DNA of 64,000 nucleotides, taken from positions 48,482 through 112,481 of the forward strand of contig JAXMFH010000006.1 in assembly GCA_046347845.1 (NCBI GenBank), in the 5' to 3' direction. Source of the DNA: Burkholderiales bacterium (GTDB taxonomy: Bacteria; Pseudomonadota; Gammaproteobacteria; Burkholderiales; Casimicrobiaceae). A model generated the notes under the pieces. It saw only the letters and a list, made by a program, of their open reading frames with translations, made no database searches and was not told where the DNA came from. The position numbers and the translations under genes are program-made. This document shows, one piece after another, positions 27,838 through 36,476 of this stretch (its first letter is position 1; every line of letters begins with the position of its first letter).

Positions 27838-27859
27838 GGAGCCCGGTCGGGCGGGCTCC
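27838..27859 (-). terminator. hairpin between sodC and sodB (GGAGCCCG-6nt-CGGGCTCC)
   Basis: 8-bp GC stem about 25 nt downstream of the sodC stop. No clear U tract. Confidence 0.3.
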
Positions 27860-27881
27860 GGAGAACGACGATGATAACCGC

Positions 27882-28397
27882 CTACGACGCCTTGATAACC
27901 GCGCAGGCGACGCGGGCACCCGCGTTGCCGGTGGGCTGCGTCCGGTAGTCGTCCGGATCCTTGTGGACGATGAGCCCTCGGCCGACGACGCTCGCCGGGC
28001 CGGCCGTGACCGTGACGCCCTCGAGCACGAACGACGCCTTCGCGCGGCCGTTCGCGTCGGCCTTGAGGCTGGGCATGTCGCCCGCGTGGTGCGGCGCGTC
28101 CTGCGGGCCGTGCGGCTTGCCGTCGGGATTGAAGTGACCGCCCGCGCTCATGCCGTCGCCCGAGCTGCAGTCGCCCTTCTCGTGGACGTGGAAGCCGTGC
28201 TCCCGGTTCGGCGCGAGCCCGGTCACGTCGGCCTCGACGTAGACGCGCCCGCCGCGCTCGGTGAACGTGGCGCTGCCCGACGCGGTGTTGCCGCGCGTGG
28301 GCTCGAGCGTCGCCTTCGCGACGCCGGTCGCGACCGGCGTGGTCATGCAGCCGCCGAGCGCCGCCGCGGCGATCGCCGCAACGATTGCCTGTCTCAT
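27882..28397 (-). CDS. sodC: Cu/Zn superoxide dismutase lipoprotein
   Basis: Lipobox LGGC. Metal ligands are present (HGFHVHEKGDC, GGHFNP, HAGDMP, LIVHKDPDD). Confidence 0.9.
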   Translation of the reverse strand: MRQAIVAAIAAAALGGCMTTPVATGVAKATLEPTRGNTASGSATFTERGGRVYVEADVTGLAPNREHGFHVHEKGDCSSGDGMSAGGHFNPDGKPHGPQDAPHHAGDMPSLKADANGRAKASFVLEGVTVTAGPASVVGRGLIVHKDPDDYRTQPTGNAGARVACAVIKAS

Positions 28398-28509
28398 GAT
28401 CGTGACTCCTCGAGGACGCCGCGCGCCGGAGCGGCTGCGCAGTCTGCGCGGATGATTCTAGGACGCGACGGGCGCGGCGGACACTGGACGGACCCGCGGC
28501 AACGGGGAA

Positions 28510-28956
28510 TCAGTCGTCCCCGTACATCTTCTGAACGCGCTCACGGCGCTCCTGCGCCTCGAGCGACAGCGTGGCGGTCGGGCGCGCGATCAGGCGCGCC
28601 ACGCCGATCGGCTCGCCGGTCTCCTCACAGTATCCGTAGCTGCCGTCGTCGATCATTCGCAGCGACTTCTCGACCTTCTTCAGGAGCTTGCGCTCGCGGT
28701 CGCGCGTGCGGAGCTCGAGCGTGTACTCCTCCTCGAGCGTCGCACGGTCGGACGGATCCGTCGTGATCTCGTTCTCGCGCAGGTGCTCGCCGGTGTCGTC
28801 GGCGTTCTGGAGCAGCTGGTCGCGAAGCTCGATCAGGCGCCGCCGGAAGAACGCGAGCTGCGCCTCGTTCATGTAGTCCTTCTCCGGCGCCTTGAGCACG
28901 TCCTCCTCGGTGAGCTCGCGGACTTTCTTGACGGCGGTTGCGGTCTTGACTGCCAT
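28510..28956 (-). CDS. dksA: RNA polymerase-binding regulator DksA (form lacking the Cys4 zinc finger)
   Basis: DxxDxA coiled-coil tip (DPSDRATLEEE) and C-terminal YGYCEETGEPIGVARLIARPTATLSLEAQ, which carries only one Cys. Confidence 0.9.
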   Translation of the reverse strand: MAVKTATAVKKVRELTEEDVLKAPEKDYMNEAQLAFFRRRLIELRDQLLQNADDTGEHLRENEITTDPSDRATLEEEYTLELRTRDRERKLLKKVEKSLRMIDDGSYGYCEETGEPIGVARLIARPTATLSLEAQERRERVQKMYGDD

Positions 28957-29094
28957 GCGGTTCTTCCGTCCTGTCGTAATCGGCCGGCCGGTTCGGGCCG
29001 GCCGCGGGTCGCTGGAAAACGGCGGATTATAGCGTCCCTGGCGAACCCGGGGCCAATGAATTGGACGACGGCCCCGATCCTGAAGGCCTGAACG

Positions 29095-29100
29095 TATAAT
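29095..29100 (+). promoter_or_regulatory. candidate -10 (TATAAT) of pyrC
   Basis: Perfect TATAAT 23 nt upstream of the pyrC ATG. No good -35 is visible. Confidence 0.4.
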
Positions 29101-29117
29101 CCTGAAAATTCAAGGAT
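29099..29117 (+). promoter_or_regulatory. pyrC leader hairpin overlapping the SD (AUCCU-9nt-AGGAU)
   Basis: ATCCTGAAAATTCAAGGAT. The 3' arm AGGA is the only SD-like sequence, 6 nt before ATG 29123. Confidence 0.4.
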
Positions 29118-29122
29118 TTCCG

Positions 29123-30199
29123 ATGACGCCGCCGCCCGCCCCCGCCACGCTCCCGCTCCGCCGCCCCGACGACTGGCACCTGCACCTGCGCGACGGCGAC
29201 GCGCTCGCCGCGGTCGTCGGCGCCACGGCGCGCGTGTTCGGCCGAGCAATCGTCATGCCGAACCTCAAGCCGCCGGTCACGACGGTCGCCGCCGCGCTCG
29301 CGTACCGCGACCGGATCCTCGCCGCCGCCAAGCCGGCAAGCCGGTTCGAGCCGCTGATGACGCTCTATCTCACCGACAACACGCCGGCCTCCGAGATCGC
29401 CGCGGCCAAGGCGTCCGGCGCGATCCACGCGGTCAAGTACTACCCGGCCGGCGCGACGACGAACTCGGACTCGGGCGTCACCTCGGTCGAGCGCGCGTAC
29501 CCGGCGATCGAGGCGATCGAGAAGCACGGGCTCGTGCTGTCGCTGCACGGCGAGGTCACCGACGCGGACGTCGACGTGTTCGACCGCGAGCGCGTGTTCG
29601 TCGACCGCGCGCTGCCGCGGCTCGTCCGCGACTTCCCGGGCCTCAAGATCGTGCTCGAGCACGTCACGACCCGCGAGGCGGCGGCGTTCGTCGCGGAGGC
29701 GCCCTCGCGCGTCGCGGCGACGATCACGCCGCAGCACCTGCTGTGGTCGCGCAACGCGATGCTCGTCGGCGGCATCCGTCCCCACTACTACTGCCTGCCC
29801 ATCCTCAAGCGCGAGTCCCACCGGCGCGCGCTCGTCGAGGCGGCGACCTCCGGCAGCCCGAAGTTCTTCCTCGGCACCGACAGTGCGCCGCACGCCCGCG
29901 CGACGAAGGAGCACGCGTGCGGTTGCGCGGGCTGCTACTCGGCGCCGCTCGCGCTCGAGCTCTACGCGGAGGCGTTCGAGGAAGCAGGCGCGCTCGACCG
30001 CCTGGAGGGCTTCGCGAGCCTGCACGGCGCGGCGTTCTACGGACTGCCGCCGCACGACGACACGGTCACGCTCGTGCGCGAGCCCTGGACGGTCCCGGCC
30101 GAGCTCCCGTTCGGCGGCGACACGATCGTGCCGCTCAAGGCGGGCGAGACCGTGCGCTGGCGCCTCTCGGGGAACTCCGGCGCCCGGGGTGTATCCTAG
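29123..30199 (+). CDS. pyrC: dihydroorotase (homodimeric type)
   Basis: [12 protein letters not shown] metal-binding motif, [23 protein letters not shown], and EH...TPQH. Confidence 0.9.
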   Translation: MTPPPAPATLPLRRPDDWHLHLRDGDALAAVVGATARVFGRAIVMPNLKPPVTTVAAALAYRDRILAAAKPASRFEPLMTLYLTDNTPASEIAAAKASGAIHAVKYYPAGATTNSDSGVTSVERAYPAIEAIEKHGLVLSLHGEVTDADVDVFDRERVFVDRALPRLVRDFPGLKIVLEHVTTREAAAFVAEAPSRVAATITPQHLLWSRNAMLVGGIRPHYYCLPILKRESHRRALVEAATSGSPKFFLGTDSAPHARATKEHACGCAGCYSAPLALELYAEAFEEAGALDRLEGFASLHGAAFYGLPPHDDTVTLVREPWTVPAELPFGGDTIVPLKAGETVRWRLSGNSGARGVS

Positions 30200-30205
30200 G
30201 TCCTC

Positions 30206-30555
30206 CGAAGTCCGCCAGACCGTCGCTGCCTCCGCCTTCGGGCGGAGGGAGAGGAAAGTCCGGGCTCCAGAGAGCAGGATGCCGGGTAACGCCCGGCCGC
30301 AGCAGCCGCGGCTTCGCCGCCGCGGTCAAGGCGAGGAACAGGGCCACAGAGACGAGTCGCTCCCAGCCGTAGGGGAGCGGGTGAAACGCGGCAACCTCCA
30401 TCCGGAGCAACGCCAAGTAGGCGGACCATGACGCTGCTCGCGTCGTCCGCGGGTAGGCGGCTCGAGCCCCCCGGCAACGGCGGGCCTAGAGGAATGACGG
30501 CCATAGCGCACCTTCGGGGGCGCCGTAACAGAACCCGGCTTACCGGCGGACTTCG
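30206..30555 (+). ncRNA. rnpB: RNase P RNA, bacterial type A
   Basis: Conserved GAGGAAAGTCCGGGCTCCA (P4 5' strand) and ACAGAACCCGGCTTA (P4 3' strand). The P1 helix pairs CGAAGTCCGCC 30206-30216 with GGCGGACTTCG 30545-30555. Confidence 0.85.
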
Positions 30556-30569
30556 ACTTATTCCGTATT

Positions 30570-30636
30570 CCGGGGTCAGATTCGCCTCCGACCCCGATCT
30601 CCCTCCGGGGTCGGAGGCGAATCTGACCCCGGTTTT
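30570..30636 (+). terminator. 27-bp perfect hairpin plus T4 after rnpB (family C GGGGTCAGATTCG element)
   Basis: 30570-30596 CCGGGGTCAGATTCGCCTCCGACCCCG pairs perfectly with 30606-30632. 9-nt loop, followed by TTTT. Confidence 0.6.
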
Positions 30637-30648
30637 CATTCCCGCGAG

Positions 30649-30864
30649 GTGGCCGTGGACGAAGAAGCGCTCAACCTGTCGATCCGCAAATTCCTCAAGA
30701 TGGTCGGCGTGAGCTCGCAGCGCGAGATCGAGCACGCGGTCGCCAAGGCGATCGCGGCGCGTTCGGTCCGCGGCAACGAGTCGTTCCCGGCGACGATGAC
30801 GCTCAAGGTTCCGGGGCTCGGGATCGACGTCACATTCGACGGCGACATCGAGCTGGCGAGATAG
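30649..30864 (+). CDS. small hypothetical protein (DUF6494-like)
   Basis: 71-aa ORF with a coding-like, non-shadow composition (EALNLSIRKFLKMVGVSSQREIEHAV). GTG start at 30649 or 30655. Confidence 0.5.
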   Translation: MAVDEEALNLSIRKFLKMVGVSSQREIEHAVAKAIAARSVRGNESFPATMTLKVPGLGIDVTFDGDIELAR

Positions 30865-30933
30865 CGTCCCGCCGGCGCGCTGCCGGGGGCCGTCGGCCCC
30901 GGGGCCGGACACCGTGTCTGACACCGCCGGTCA

Positions 30934-32559
30934 TCATTGCCGTCGCGCGTCGCGCAGGATCTCGCGCGCGGCGTTGCGTCCCGGGAGGCCGGTGACGCCG
31001 CCGCCCGGGTGCGCGCCCGCGCCGCACAGGTAGAGGCCGCGCACCGGCATCCGGTAGTTGGCCGCGCCCAGCACCGGCCGCGTCGCGTAGAGCTGGTCGA
31101 GGCCGAGCGCGCCGTGGAAGATGTCGCCGCCGACGAGCCCGAATTCGCGCTCGAGGTCGAGCGGCGTGAGCGCGCGCCGCCCGACGACGCTCGCGCGGAA
31201 GCCCGGCGCCATCCGGTCCACCGCCGCGATCATCAGGTCGGCGACCTCGTCGCGGTGGTCGTCCCAGGTCGTGCCCGGCCGCACCGACGCGACGTCCGGA
31301 TGCACGTGCTGGCAGAACAGGCTCGCGACGTGCATGCCCGGCGGCGCGAGCGAGTCGTCGACGACCGAGGGGATCAGCATCTCGACGATCGGCTCGCGCG
31401 ACCAGCCCGAGGTCTTCGCGTCGAACCAGGCCCGCTCCATGTAGGCGAGCGAGGGCGCGATCACGATGCCGCTCGCGTGATGCGGCGCCGGGGCGCTCCC
31501 GCGCAGGCACGCGAAATCCGGCAGCGACGCCAGCGCGACGTTCATCCGGAACGTGCCGGATCCGCAGCGCAGGGCCTCCATCCGCGCGCGGAAGTCGGCG
31601 TCGACGTGCGCGGCGTCGACGAGCTTCCCGAACAGCAGCTTCGGGTTGACGTTCGCGACCACGCGCTTCGCCTCGACGACCTCGCCGCTCTCGAGCTCGG
31701 CGCCGCACGCGCGCCCGCCCTTCACGATCACCCGCGCGACCGCGGCGCCGGTGCGGATCGCGACGCCGCGCGCCACGCACTCCTTCGCCATCGCCTGCGT
31801 GATCGCGCCCATGCCGCCCTTCGCGTGGCCCCAGTGGCCGCGCCTGCCGTTCACCTCGCCGAACACGTGGTGCAGCAGCACGTACGCCGACCCGGGCGCG
31901 TACGGGCTCGCGAAGTTGCCGACGACCGCGTCGAAGCCGAACGCCGCCTTGATCGGCGCCGATGCGAACCGGCGGTCGAGGATCTCGCCCGCGCTCTTCG
32001 TGAACAGGTCGACGACGTCGCGGCGCTCGGCGAGCGAGAGCGCGCGGAACGAGCGCAGCGTCCGCCACGCCTCCAGCATCGAGCCGACGTCGCGCCGCTC
32101 CGGGTTCGCGACGTCGGGCGGCGTCCGGTGGACGAGGTCGCGCAGCACGTCGGCGACGCGGTCGAGCATCGCGTAGTAGGCGGGCAGCGCCTCGGCGTCG
32201 CTCCGCGAGAACTTCGCGACCTCGGCCTGCGTCGCGGCGAGTCCCCCGCCGACCTTGAGGCAATCGCCCCCGTCCGTGGACAGCGGCAGGAAGTTGGAGA
32301 ACGGTCGCTCGACGATCGAGAGGCCGTGCTCGGCGAGCTTCAGGTCGCGGATCACTCCCGGGTCGAGCAGGCTCACCGTGTAGCTCGCCGTCGAGTTGCG
32401 GAAGCCCGGGTGGAACGCCTCGGTGACCGCGGCGCCGCCGACGACGTCGCGCCGCTCGCAGACGCAGACGTCGAGCCCCGCGGCCGCGAGGTAGGCCGCG
32501 CACACGAGGCCGTTGTGGCCCCCGCCGATCAGCACGGCGTCGAAGACGCGCGACGTCAT
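30934..32559 (-). CDS. NAD(P)/FAD-dependent oxidoreductase, phytoene-desaturase (CrtI)-related family
   Basis: FDAVLIGGGHNGLVCAAYLAAAGLDVCVCERRDVVGGA dinucleotide motif and C-terminal LYLCGAGAHPGGGVTG. Confidence 0.85.
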   Translation of the reverse strand: MTSRVFDAVLIGGGHNGLVCAAYLAAAGLDVCVCERRDVVGGAAVTEAFHPGFRNSTASYTVSLLDPGVIRDLKLAEHGLSIVERPFSNFLPLSTDGGDCLKVGGGLAATQAEVAKFSRSDAEALPAYYAMLDRVADVLRDLVHRTPPDVANPERRDVGSMLEAWRTLRSFRALSLAERRDVVDLFTKSAGEILDRRFASAPIKAAFGFDAVVGNFASPYAPGSAYVLLHHVFGEVNGRRGHWGHAKGGMGAITQAMAKECVARGVAIRTGAAVARVIVKGGRACGAELESGEVVEAKRVVANVNPKLLFGKLVDAAHVDADFRARMEALRCGSGTFRMNVALASLPDFACLRGSAPAPHHASGIVIAPSLAYMERAWFDAKTSGWSREPIVEMLIPSVVDDSLAPPGMHVASLFCQHVHPDVASVRPGTTWDDHRDEVADLMIAAVDRMAPGFRASVVGRRALTPLDLEREFGLVGGDIFHGALGLDQLYATRPVLGAANYRMPVRGLYLCGAGAHPGGGVTGLPGRNAAREILRDARRQ

Positions 32560-32587
32560 CGCGATCGACGGCGGCGCGCGCGGGCGC

Positions 32588-33379
32588 TCAACTCTCCTCG
32601 CCCGCCCCGACCGCGACCGTCGAGTAGCCGCCGTCGACGTAGAGGATCTCGCCGGTAATCGCGCTCGCGAGGTCGGAGAACAGGAACGCCGCGACGTTGC
32701 CCACCTCGTCGATCGTGATGCCGCGGTGGAGCGGCGCCCGCGCCTCGAAGCGCGAGAGCAGCTTCGAGAAGTTCCCGATGCCCGCCGCGGCGAGCGTCTT
32801 GATCGGGCCGGCCGAGATGCCGTTCGCGCGAATGCCCTGGGGGCCGAGGCACGCGGCGAGGTAGCGCACGTTGGCCTCGAGGCTCGCCTTCGCGAGTCCC
32901 ATCACGTTGTAGTTCGGCACCGAGCGCACGGCCCCGAGGTAGGTGAGCGTCACGACCGAGCCGGGCCGCCCCTGCATCAGCGGCCGCGCGCCCTTCGCGA
33001 GCGCCGCGAGGCTGTAGCTCGAGATGTCGTGCGCGATCCCGAACGCCTCGCGCGAGATCGCGTCGAGGAAGTCGCCGGAGAGCGCTTCGCGCGGCGCGAA
33101 GGCGATCGAGTGCAGCAGCCCGTCGAGCCCGCCCCACTCGCGCTTCAGCGCGTCGAACAGCGCGTCGATCTGCCCGTCGTGCGCGACGTCGCAGGGCAGC
33201 ACCGGGCAGGAACCGAACTCGGACGCGAGCTTGACGACGCGGTCCTTGAGGTCGTCGTTGACGTAGGTGAACGCGAGCGTCGCGCCCTCGCGCCTGCAGG
33301 CGCGCGCGACGCCGTAGGCGATCGAGCGGTTGGACAGGACACCGGTGATCAGGATCTTGCGGTCGGCGAGGAAGCCCAT
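32588..33379 (-). CDS. fabI: enoyl-[acyl-carrier-protein] reductase (NADH) FabI
   Basis: [15 protein letters not shown]...HSIAFAP...[13 protein letters not shown] (Tyr/Lys catalytic pair). Confidence 0.95.
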   Translation of the reverse strand: MGFLADRKILITGVLSNRSIAYGVARACRREGATLAFTYVNDDLKDRVVKLASEFGSCPVLPCDVAHDGQIDALFDALKREWGGLDGLLHSIAFAPREALSGDFLDAISREAFGIAHDISSYSLAALAKGARPLMQGRPGSVVTLTYLGAVRSVPNYNVMGLAKASLEANVRYLAACLGPQGIRANGISAGPIKTLAAAGIGNFSKLLSRFEARAPLHRGITIDEVGNVAAFLFSDLASAITGEILYVDGGYSTVAVGAGEES

Positions 33380-33401
33380 GTCGTCGGGAGGCCAGGGTGG
33401 G

Positions 33402-33971
33402 TCAGTCGCGGAAGAGGTCCAGGAACGAGCGCGGCGCGCCCAGCACGCCGCACAGCACGCGGCGGTTCGGGACGCCGGGCACGACCTGCGCGTCGACCGT
33501 CGTTCCCATGGACACGACGATCGACTTGTCGCGGAGCGCGTCGACGGAGACGCGCACCCCGCGCACCGTCGTCGTCATCTGGGCGTTGCCGGTCTCGCGG
33601 ACGAGCAGTTCGGGAAACAGGTCGACCGCGGCCCGCGGCGAGCCGGCCGGCGCCCACGGCGCGCCCGCCGAGAACGCGTTGGGCGAGCTGCAGTTGCCGC
33701 GCTCGTGGATCGAGACGCGGTAGGGACCCTGCACCATGCTGTTGACGGTGACGAGCAGCACGAGGTCGTCGCCGCGGACGACCAGCCTCGCGCTCCCCTG
33801 TCCCGCGGCGCCGTTGGAGGGCGAAAGCGGCGCCTCGACGCCCGGGACGGTCCGCGGCGCCGGGTCCGGGCCCGCCGATCCGGCCGACTGGCAGGCGGCG
33901 AGCGCCGCGGCGAGAGCGACGCCGGCGCCTCGGAGGGCGAAGCGCGCGACGAGCGGAGGAAGGCCGGGCAT
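33402..33971 (-). CDS. Cu/Zn-SOD-like lipoprotein with degenerate metal site
   Basis: Lipobox LAAC. Alignable to sodC ([13 protein letters not shown] vs HGFHVHEKGDCSS; RRVLCGVL vs ARVACAVI), but most His ligands are replaced. Confidence 0.65.
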   Translation of the reverse strand: MPGLPPLVARFALRGAGVALAAALAACQSAGSAGPDPAPRTVPGVEAPLSPSNGAAGQGSARLVVRGDDLVLLVTVNSMVQGPYRVSIHERGNCSSPNAFSAGAPWAPAGSPRAAVDLFPELLVRETGNAQMTTTVRGVRVSVDALRDKSIVVSMGTTVDAQVVPGVPNRRVLCGVLGAPRSFLDLFRD

Positions 33972-34030
33972 GGGCTCGCATGATAGGCGATGCGGCGCGC
34001 CGCCGCCATCGGAGCGCACGCCGCGCACGG

Positions 34031-34036
34031 TACAAT
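34031..34036 (+). promoter_or_regulatory. candidate -10 (TACAAT) upstream of hslU
   Basis: AT-rich hexamer 57 nt upstream of the hslU ATG, in the gap between divergent genes. Confidence 0.3.
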
Positions 34037-34092
34037 CGCCGCTCCGGCCGGCTCGCTCGAGATGCCGCGCCACCCCCACCGCCCTCGCTCCC

Positions 34093-35421
34093 ATGTCGTC
34101 GATGACGCCGCAGGAGATCGTCTCCGAGCTCGACAAGCACATCGTCGGGCAGCACGACGCCAAGCGCGCGGTCGCGATCGCGCTGCGCAACCGTTGGCGG
34201 CGGCAGCAGGTCCCCGACCCGCTGCGCGGCGAGATCACGCCGAAGAACATCCTGATGATCGGGCCCACGGGCGTGGGCAAGACCGAGATCGCGCGCCGGC
34301 TCGCCCGCCTCGCCGACGCCCCGTTCATCAAGGTCGAGGCGACCAAGTTCACCGAGGTCGGCTACGTCGGGCGCGACGTGGACACGATCGTGCGCGACCT
34401 GATCGACGTCGCGGTCAAGCAGACGCGGGAGGCCGAGGCGCGCAAGGTGCGCGACCGCGCGGCCGACGCCGCCGAGGAGCGCCTCCTCGACGTGCTGCTG
34501 CCGCCGGCGCGCGAGGTGAACTTCCACGACATGCAGCCGGCCGACTCCGCGACGCGGCAGAAATTCCGCAAGATGCTGCGCGAGGGCCGGCTCGACGACA
34601 AGGACGTCGAGATCGAGGTGGCGGCGCCGCAGCCGTCGATGGAGATCATGGCGCCGCCGGGCATGGAGGACCTCACCGCGCAGATCCAGGGCATGTTCCA
34701 GCAGATGTCGGGCGGCCGCCGCAAGGTCCAGCGCATGAAGGTCGCCGACGCGATGAAGGCGCTCACCGACGAGGAGGCCGCGAAGCTCGTCAGCGAGGAC
34801 GACATCAAGGCGAAGGCGCTCGCCTCGGTCGAGCAGAACGGCATCGTGTTCCTCGACGAGATCGACAAGATCGCCTCGCGCTCCGACCTGCACGGCGCCG
34901 ACGTTTCGCGCCAGGGCGTGCAGCGCGACCTGCTGCCGCTCGTCGAGGGCACGACCGTGTCGACCAAGTACGGGATGGTGCGCACCGACCACGTCCTGTT
35001 CATCGCGTCGGGCGCGTTCCACCTGTCGAAGCCCTCGGACCTGATCCCCGAGCTGCAGGGCCGCTTCCCGATCCGCGTCGAGCTCGCCTCGCTCACGGTC
35101 GCCGACTTCGAGCAGATCCTGACCGCGACCGACGCCTGCCTCGTGCGCCAGTACGAGGCGCTGCTGCGCACCGAGAACGTCGAGCTCGAGTTCCGGCCCG
35201 ACGCGATCCGCCGGATCGCCGAGATCGCGCACGCGGTGAACGAGAAGCAGGAGAACATCGGCGCCCGGCGGCTCTACACGGTGATGGAGCGCCTGCTCGA
35301 GGAGATCTCGTACTCGGCGACCCACCACGACCGCGAGACGATCGCGATCGACGCCGCGTACGTGGACGCGCGGCTCGCGGGGATCGCGGGGGACGACAAC
35401 CTGGCGAAGTACATTCTCTAG
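34093..35421 (+). CDS. hslU: ATP-dependent protease ATPase subunit HslU
   Basis: [34 protein letters not shown]...[15 protein letters not shown]...FLDEIDKI. Confidence 0.95.
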   Translation: MSSMTPQEIVSELDKHIVGQHDAKRAVAIALRNRWRRQQVPDPLRGEITPKNILMIGPTGVGKTEIARRLARLADAPFIKVEATKFTEVGYVGRDVDTIVRDLIDVAVKQTREAEARKVRDRAADAAEERLLDVLLPPAREVNFHDMQPADSATRQKFRKMLREGRLDDKDVEIEVAAPQPSMEIMAPPGMEDLTAQIQGMFQQMSGGRRKVQRMKVADAMKALTDEEAAKLVSEDDIKAKALASVEQNGIVFLDEIDKIASRSDLHGADVSRQGVQRDLLPLVEGTTVSTKYGMVRTDHVLFIASGAFHLSKPSDLIPELQGRFPIRVELASLTVADFEQILTATDACLVRQYEALLRTENVELEFRPDAIRRIAEIAHAVNEKQENIGARRLYTVMERLLEEISYSATHHDRETIAIDAAYVDARLAGIAGDDNLAKYIL

Positions 35422-35425
35422 GGGG

Positions 35426-35584
35426 CAGGAGTCAGGAGTCAGTTGGCAGGAGTCAGTTGGAGCCCCGCCCACCGTGGCGAAACGTGGACCCGGCAGGACT
35501 CCGCCGTACCTCCTCCGGTTCTTGGGCCACGATGCGCCCGTTGCGCGCCCTCAATGACTCCTGCCAACTGACTCCTGACTCCTG
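35426..35584. repeat. MITE-like hairpin element, family B copy 3
   Basis: Left arm 35426-35454 CAGGAGTCAGGAGTCAGTTGGCAGGAGTC. Right arm 35556-35584 is its perfect reverse complement. It begins 4 nt after the hslU TAG and ends at the nt before ATG 35585. Confidence 0.9.
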
Positions 35585-36460
35585 ATGCTCGACCGCCTCC
35601 TCGGCATCATCCTCCCGGTGTTCGCCGTCGTCGCGCTCGGCTGGTTCTGGGGCCGCCGCGCGAAGCCGGACATGTCGGTGGTCAACCGGCTGTCGATGAA
35701 CGTGCTCGCGCCGGCGCTCATCTTCTCGGCGCTCGCGTCCAAGTCGTTCGACCTGTGGGAGAACCGGCTGCTGATCGCGGGCAGCGTCGGCATCGTGCTG
35801 GGCTCGGGGCTGCTCGCGTGGCCGTTCGCGAAGCTCCTGCACGAGGACCACCGCACGTTCGTGCCGCCGATGATGTTCAACAACTGCGGCAACCTCGGGC
35901 TCCCGCTCGCGGTGCTCGCGTTCGGCGACGCGGGCTTCACCGCGATGGTCGCGCTGTTCACGATCAGCAACCTCCTGCACTTCACGCTGGGCGTCTGGAT
36001 CATCGATCACCACGCGCGGTTCGGGAACCTGCTGCGCAATCCGATGGTGTGGTCGACGGTGGCCGGCTTCGCTTTCGCGGTCGTGCACCCGCCGATGCCG
36101 GAGGTCGCGACGGTGACCCTGAAGCTCGTCGGCGACGCGATGATCCCGCTGATGCTCCTGTCGCTGGGCGTGCGCATGACCGCGATCCGCTGGTCCGACG
36201 CGCGGCTCGGCGTCATCGGCGGCCTCGTGTGCCCGCTCACCGGCCTCGCGTGCGCCGGGCTGCTGGCGCCGGTGCTGGGCCTCGACGCGCAGCAGACCGG
36301 GCTCCTGTTCCTGTTCGGCTGCCTGCCGCCCGCCGTGCTCAACTTCATGGTCGCCGAGCAGTTCCGCCAGGAGCCGGCGAAGGTCGCGTCGATCGTGCTG
36401 ATCGGCAATGCGATGTCGGTGCTGTTCGTGCCGGTCGGCCTCGTGATCGCGCTGCCCTGA
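35585..36460 (+). CDS. AEC (auxin efflux carrier) family transporter
   Basis: Multi-TM protein MLDRLLGIILPVFAVVALGWF..., typical of the AEC/membrane transport family. Confidence 0.85.
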   Translation: MLDRLLGIILPVFAVVALGWFWGRRAKPDMSVVNRLSMNVLAPALIFSALASKSFDLWENRLLIAGSVGIVLGSGLLAWPFAKLLHEDHRTFVPPMMFNNCGNLGLPLAVLAFGDAGFTAMVALFTISNLLHFTLGVWIIDHHARFGNLLRNPMVWSTVAGFAFAVVHPPMPEVATVTLKLVGDAMIPLMLLSLGVRMTAIRWSDARLGVIGGLVCPLTGLACAGLLAPVLGLDAQQTGLLFLFGCLPPAVLNFMVAEQFRQEPAKVASIVLIGNAMSVLFVPVGLVIALP

Positions 36461-36476
36461 GGACGGAGAGCCGGCG

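Noticed and set aside
30196-30924. 242-aa minus-strand ORF, and other ORFs across 30135-30712
   Set aside because: They overlap the RNase P RNA gene and its terminator hairpin. The region is explained by rnpB.
33736-34092. N-terminal extension of hslU (ORF 33736-35421)
   Set aside because: It overlaps the SOD-like lipoprotein gene on the other strand. HslU homology begins at [10 protein letters not shown] (34093).
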